A stretch of 64,000 nt of DNA from Octopus bimaculoides (Eukaryota): positions 158,274,269-158,338,268 of the forward strand of contig NC_068981.1 of NCBI RefSeq assembly GCF_001194135.2, written 5' to 3'. The notes under the pieces are model-generated. The model made no database searches and was not told the DNA's origin. It saw only the letters and a program-made list of their open reading frames with translations. The position numbers and the translations under genes are program-made. Shown piece after piece: positions 62,721-64,000 of this stretch. Each line of letters starts with the position of its first letter. The first letter of the stretch is position 1.

Positions 62721-63016
62721 CAAACTACATCTCTTCGTTATGCACTGTGTTTGTTTCTCCCGCCAACTCTTGTAGCCCAACACCACTCTGTCATCTTTTT
62801 CTCCTGTCCTTCTTGCTACCAACTGTATCATTGCTATCCTGTCACTCCCATATATAATCGTGCTCCACCACTCACTGCATCCCTCTTTTCCTTCTCCTCT
62901 CTCCCTTTGCACTCTTGTGAACTTCTGGCTCATACACTCTGACAAATCCTCTACCACTACATTTACATTCCCCTTCTTTGTACCTTGGGAGTATGCCCTG
63001 GCTCATCACCACCATT

Positions 63017-63047
<31 letters not shown>

Positions 63048-64000
63048 AACTAGAGTAACCATGTATCTCCTGTACAAGACATCTGTTTCTGTCCCGCTGT
63101 CAAAGTTTAACCTCATCACCTGGCACAAAGCCACCTCTCTCAATATCATTCTCCCTTTCAGTTGTAGGATCTTTGTCTTGCAAGTTACCTGCTAACCTCG
63201 CCAATGTTGGTGCCACATAAAAAGCATCCAGCACACTCTGCAAAAGTGGTTGATGTTAAGAAAAGCATACAACCATAGAAACCATGCTGAAGCAGACAGT
63301 AGAGCTTGGCACAATCTTCAGGTTTTCCAGCTCCTATCAAATCATCCAATCCATGTCAGTACGGAAGGAGGACATTAAATGATGACAATGATGAATGCAG
63401 GAGTAAAAATGAGCTGAGAGTAGAAAATTAATGTAAGAGGAATTGGGTGTATGTATAGGAGAGAAGGCTGCACTGGAATGGGCATGTGATGCATATGGAG
63501 GATTTGACTACTGTATCAGGAAGTGTCAAGTGCTCCAAGTTAATGGTAATTTGGAAATGAGAGAGAGAGAAAAAATTTGGGATAAAGTGGCAAATGCTGA
63601 CCTGAAGATACTGCATTTTACAAAGATGACAAAGAACTGCACAGCACTGCAAAAGACCCAATTATCCATGGCAAAATGTACCTTGACACAAAGATGTCAT
63701 TTAGAGGCTGAGATGTTTTTATCTTGCTTAGCCTAACTTACTGCTCTTTTCACCTTGTGTCCTTAAACCTTACACTCTGCCTTTATTTTCCCCGCTCCTC
63801 TTTATCATTTAGAGTCCTCCATCTCTCATTTCCCCACCACCTGTGCAGGCAGCATCATCCTCATTACTGACTCCTGAGTCCTACGTATAAGAGACTACAC
63901 AGGCCCACTGTCATCCACCTACACAATACACTCCAACTTTGCTCTTCTGAACTATCAGAATTCACTTTTCCACCTCTGGAGCACTTCTTTTACTACACAT

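Overview
Repeat-saturated, AT-rich animal genomic DNA from a draft scaffold with many N gaps. Dense (TA)n/(CA)n/(GATA)n microsatellites and the SINE/RTE families present suggest an octopus (cephalopod) genome; the species is an inference. Two host genes are supported. (1) A BTB-BACK-Kelch (KLHL-family) gene on + whose recognisable coding sequence lies in one exon (21415/21478-23202). (2) The last two coding exons of a NOPCHAP1/C12orf45 (DUF4598) homolog on - (53623-53747 and 48782-48958), reconstructed by hand from splice sites; its 5' exon(s) were not found. The rest is mostly transposon debris: CR1-type and RTE LINEs, a Penelope-like remnant, a 5'-truncated HERO-type (RLE) retroelement with a perfect 15-bp TSD inside a decayed hAT transposase, a Tigger4/Zombi-like pogo element, two maT/DD37D-like mariners, an ISL2EU-like element with AT TSD and a SAP-SWIM ORF, and three tRNA-headed SINE families including a ~10-copy head-to-tail array. 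The most notable unexplained structure is a fold-back at 8230-8439 whose two arms each carry a decayed minimal type-I hammerhead-ribozyme layout; weaker related fold-backs occur at 12.1-12.6 kb and 18.4-18.6 kb. Family assignments come from recalled motifs, not database searches.
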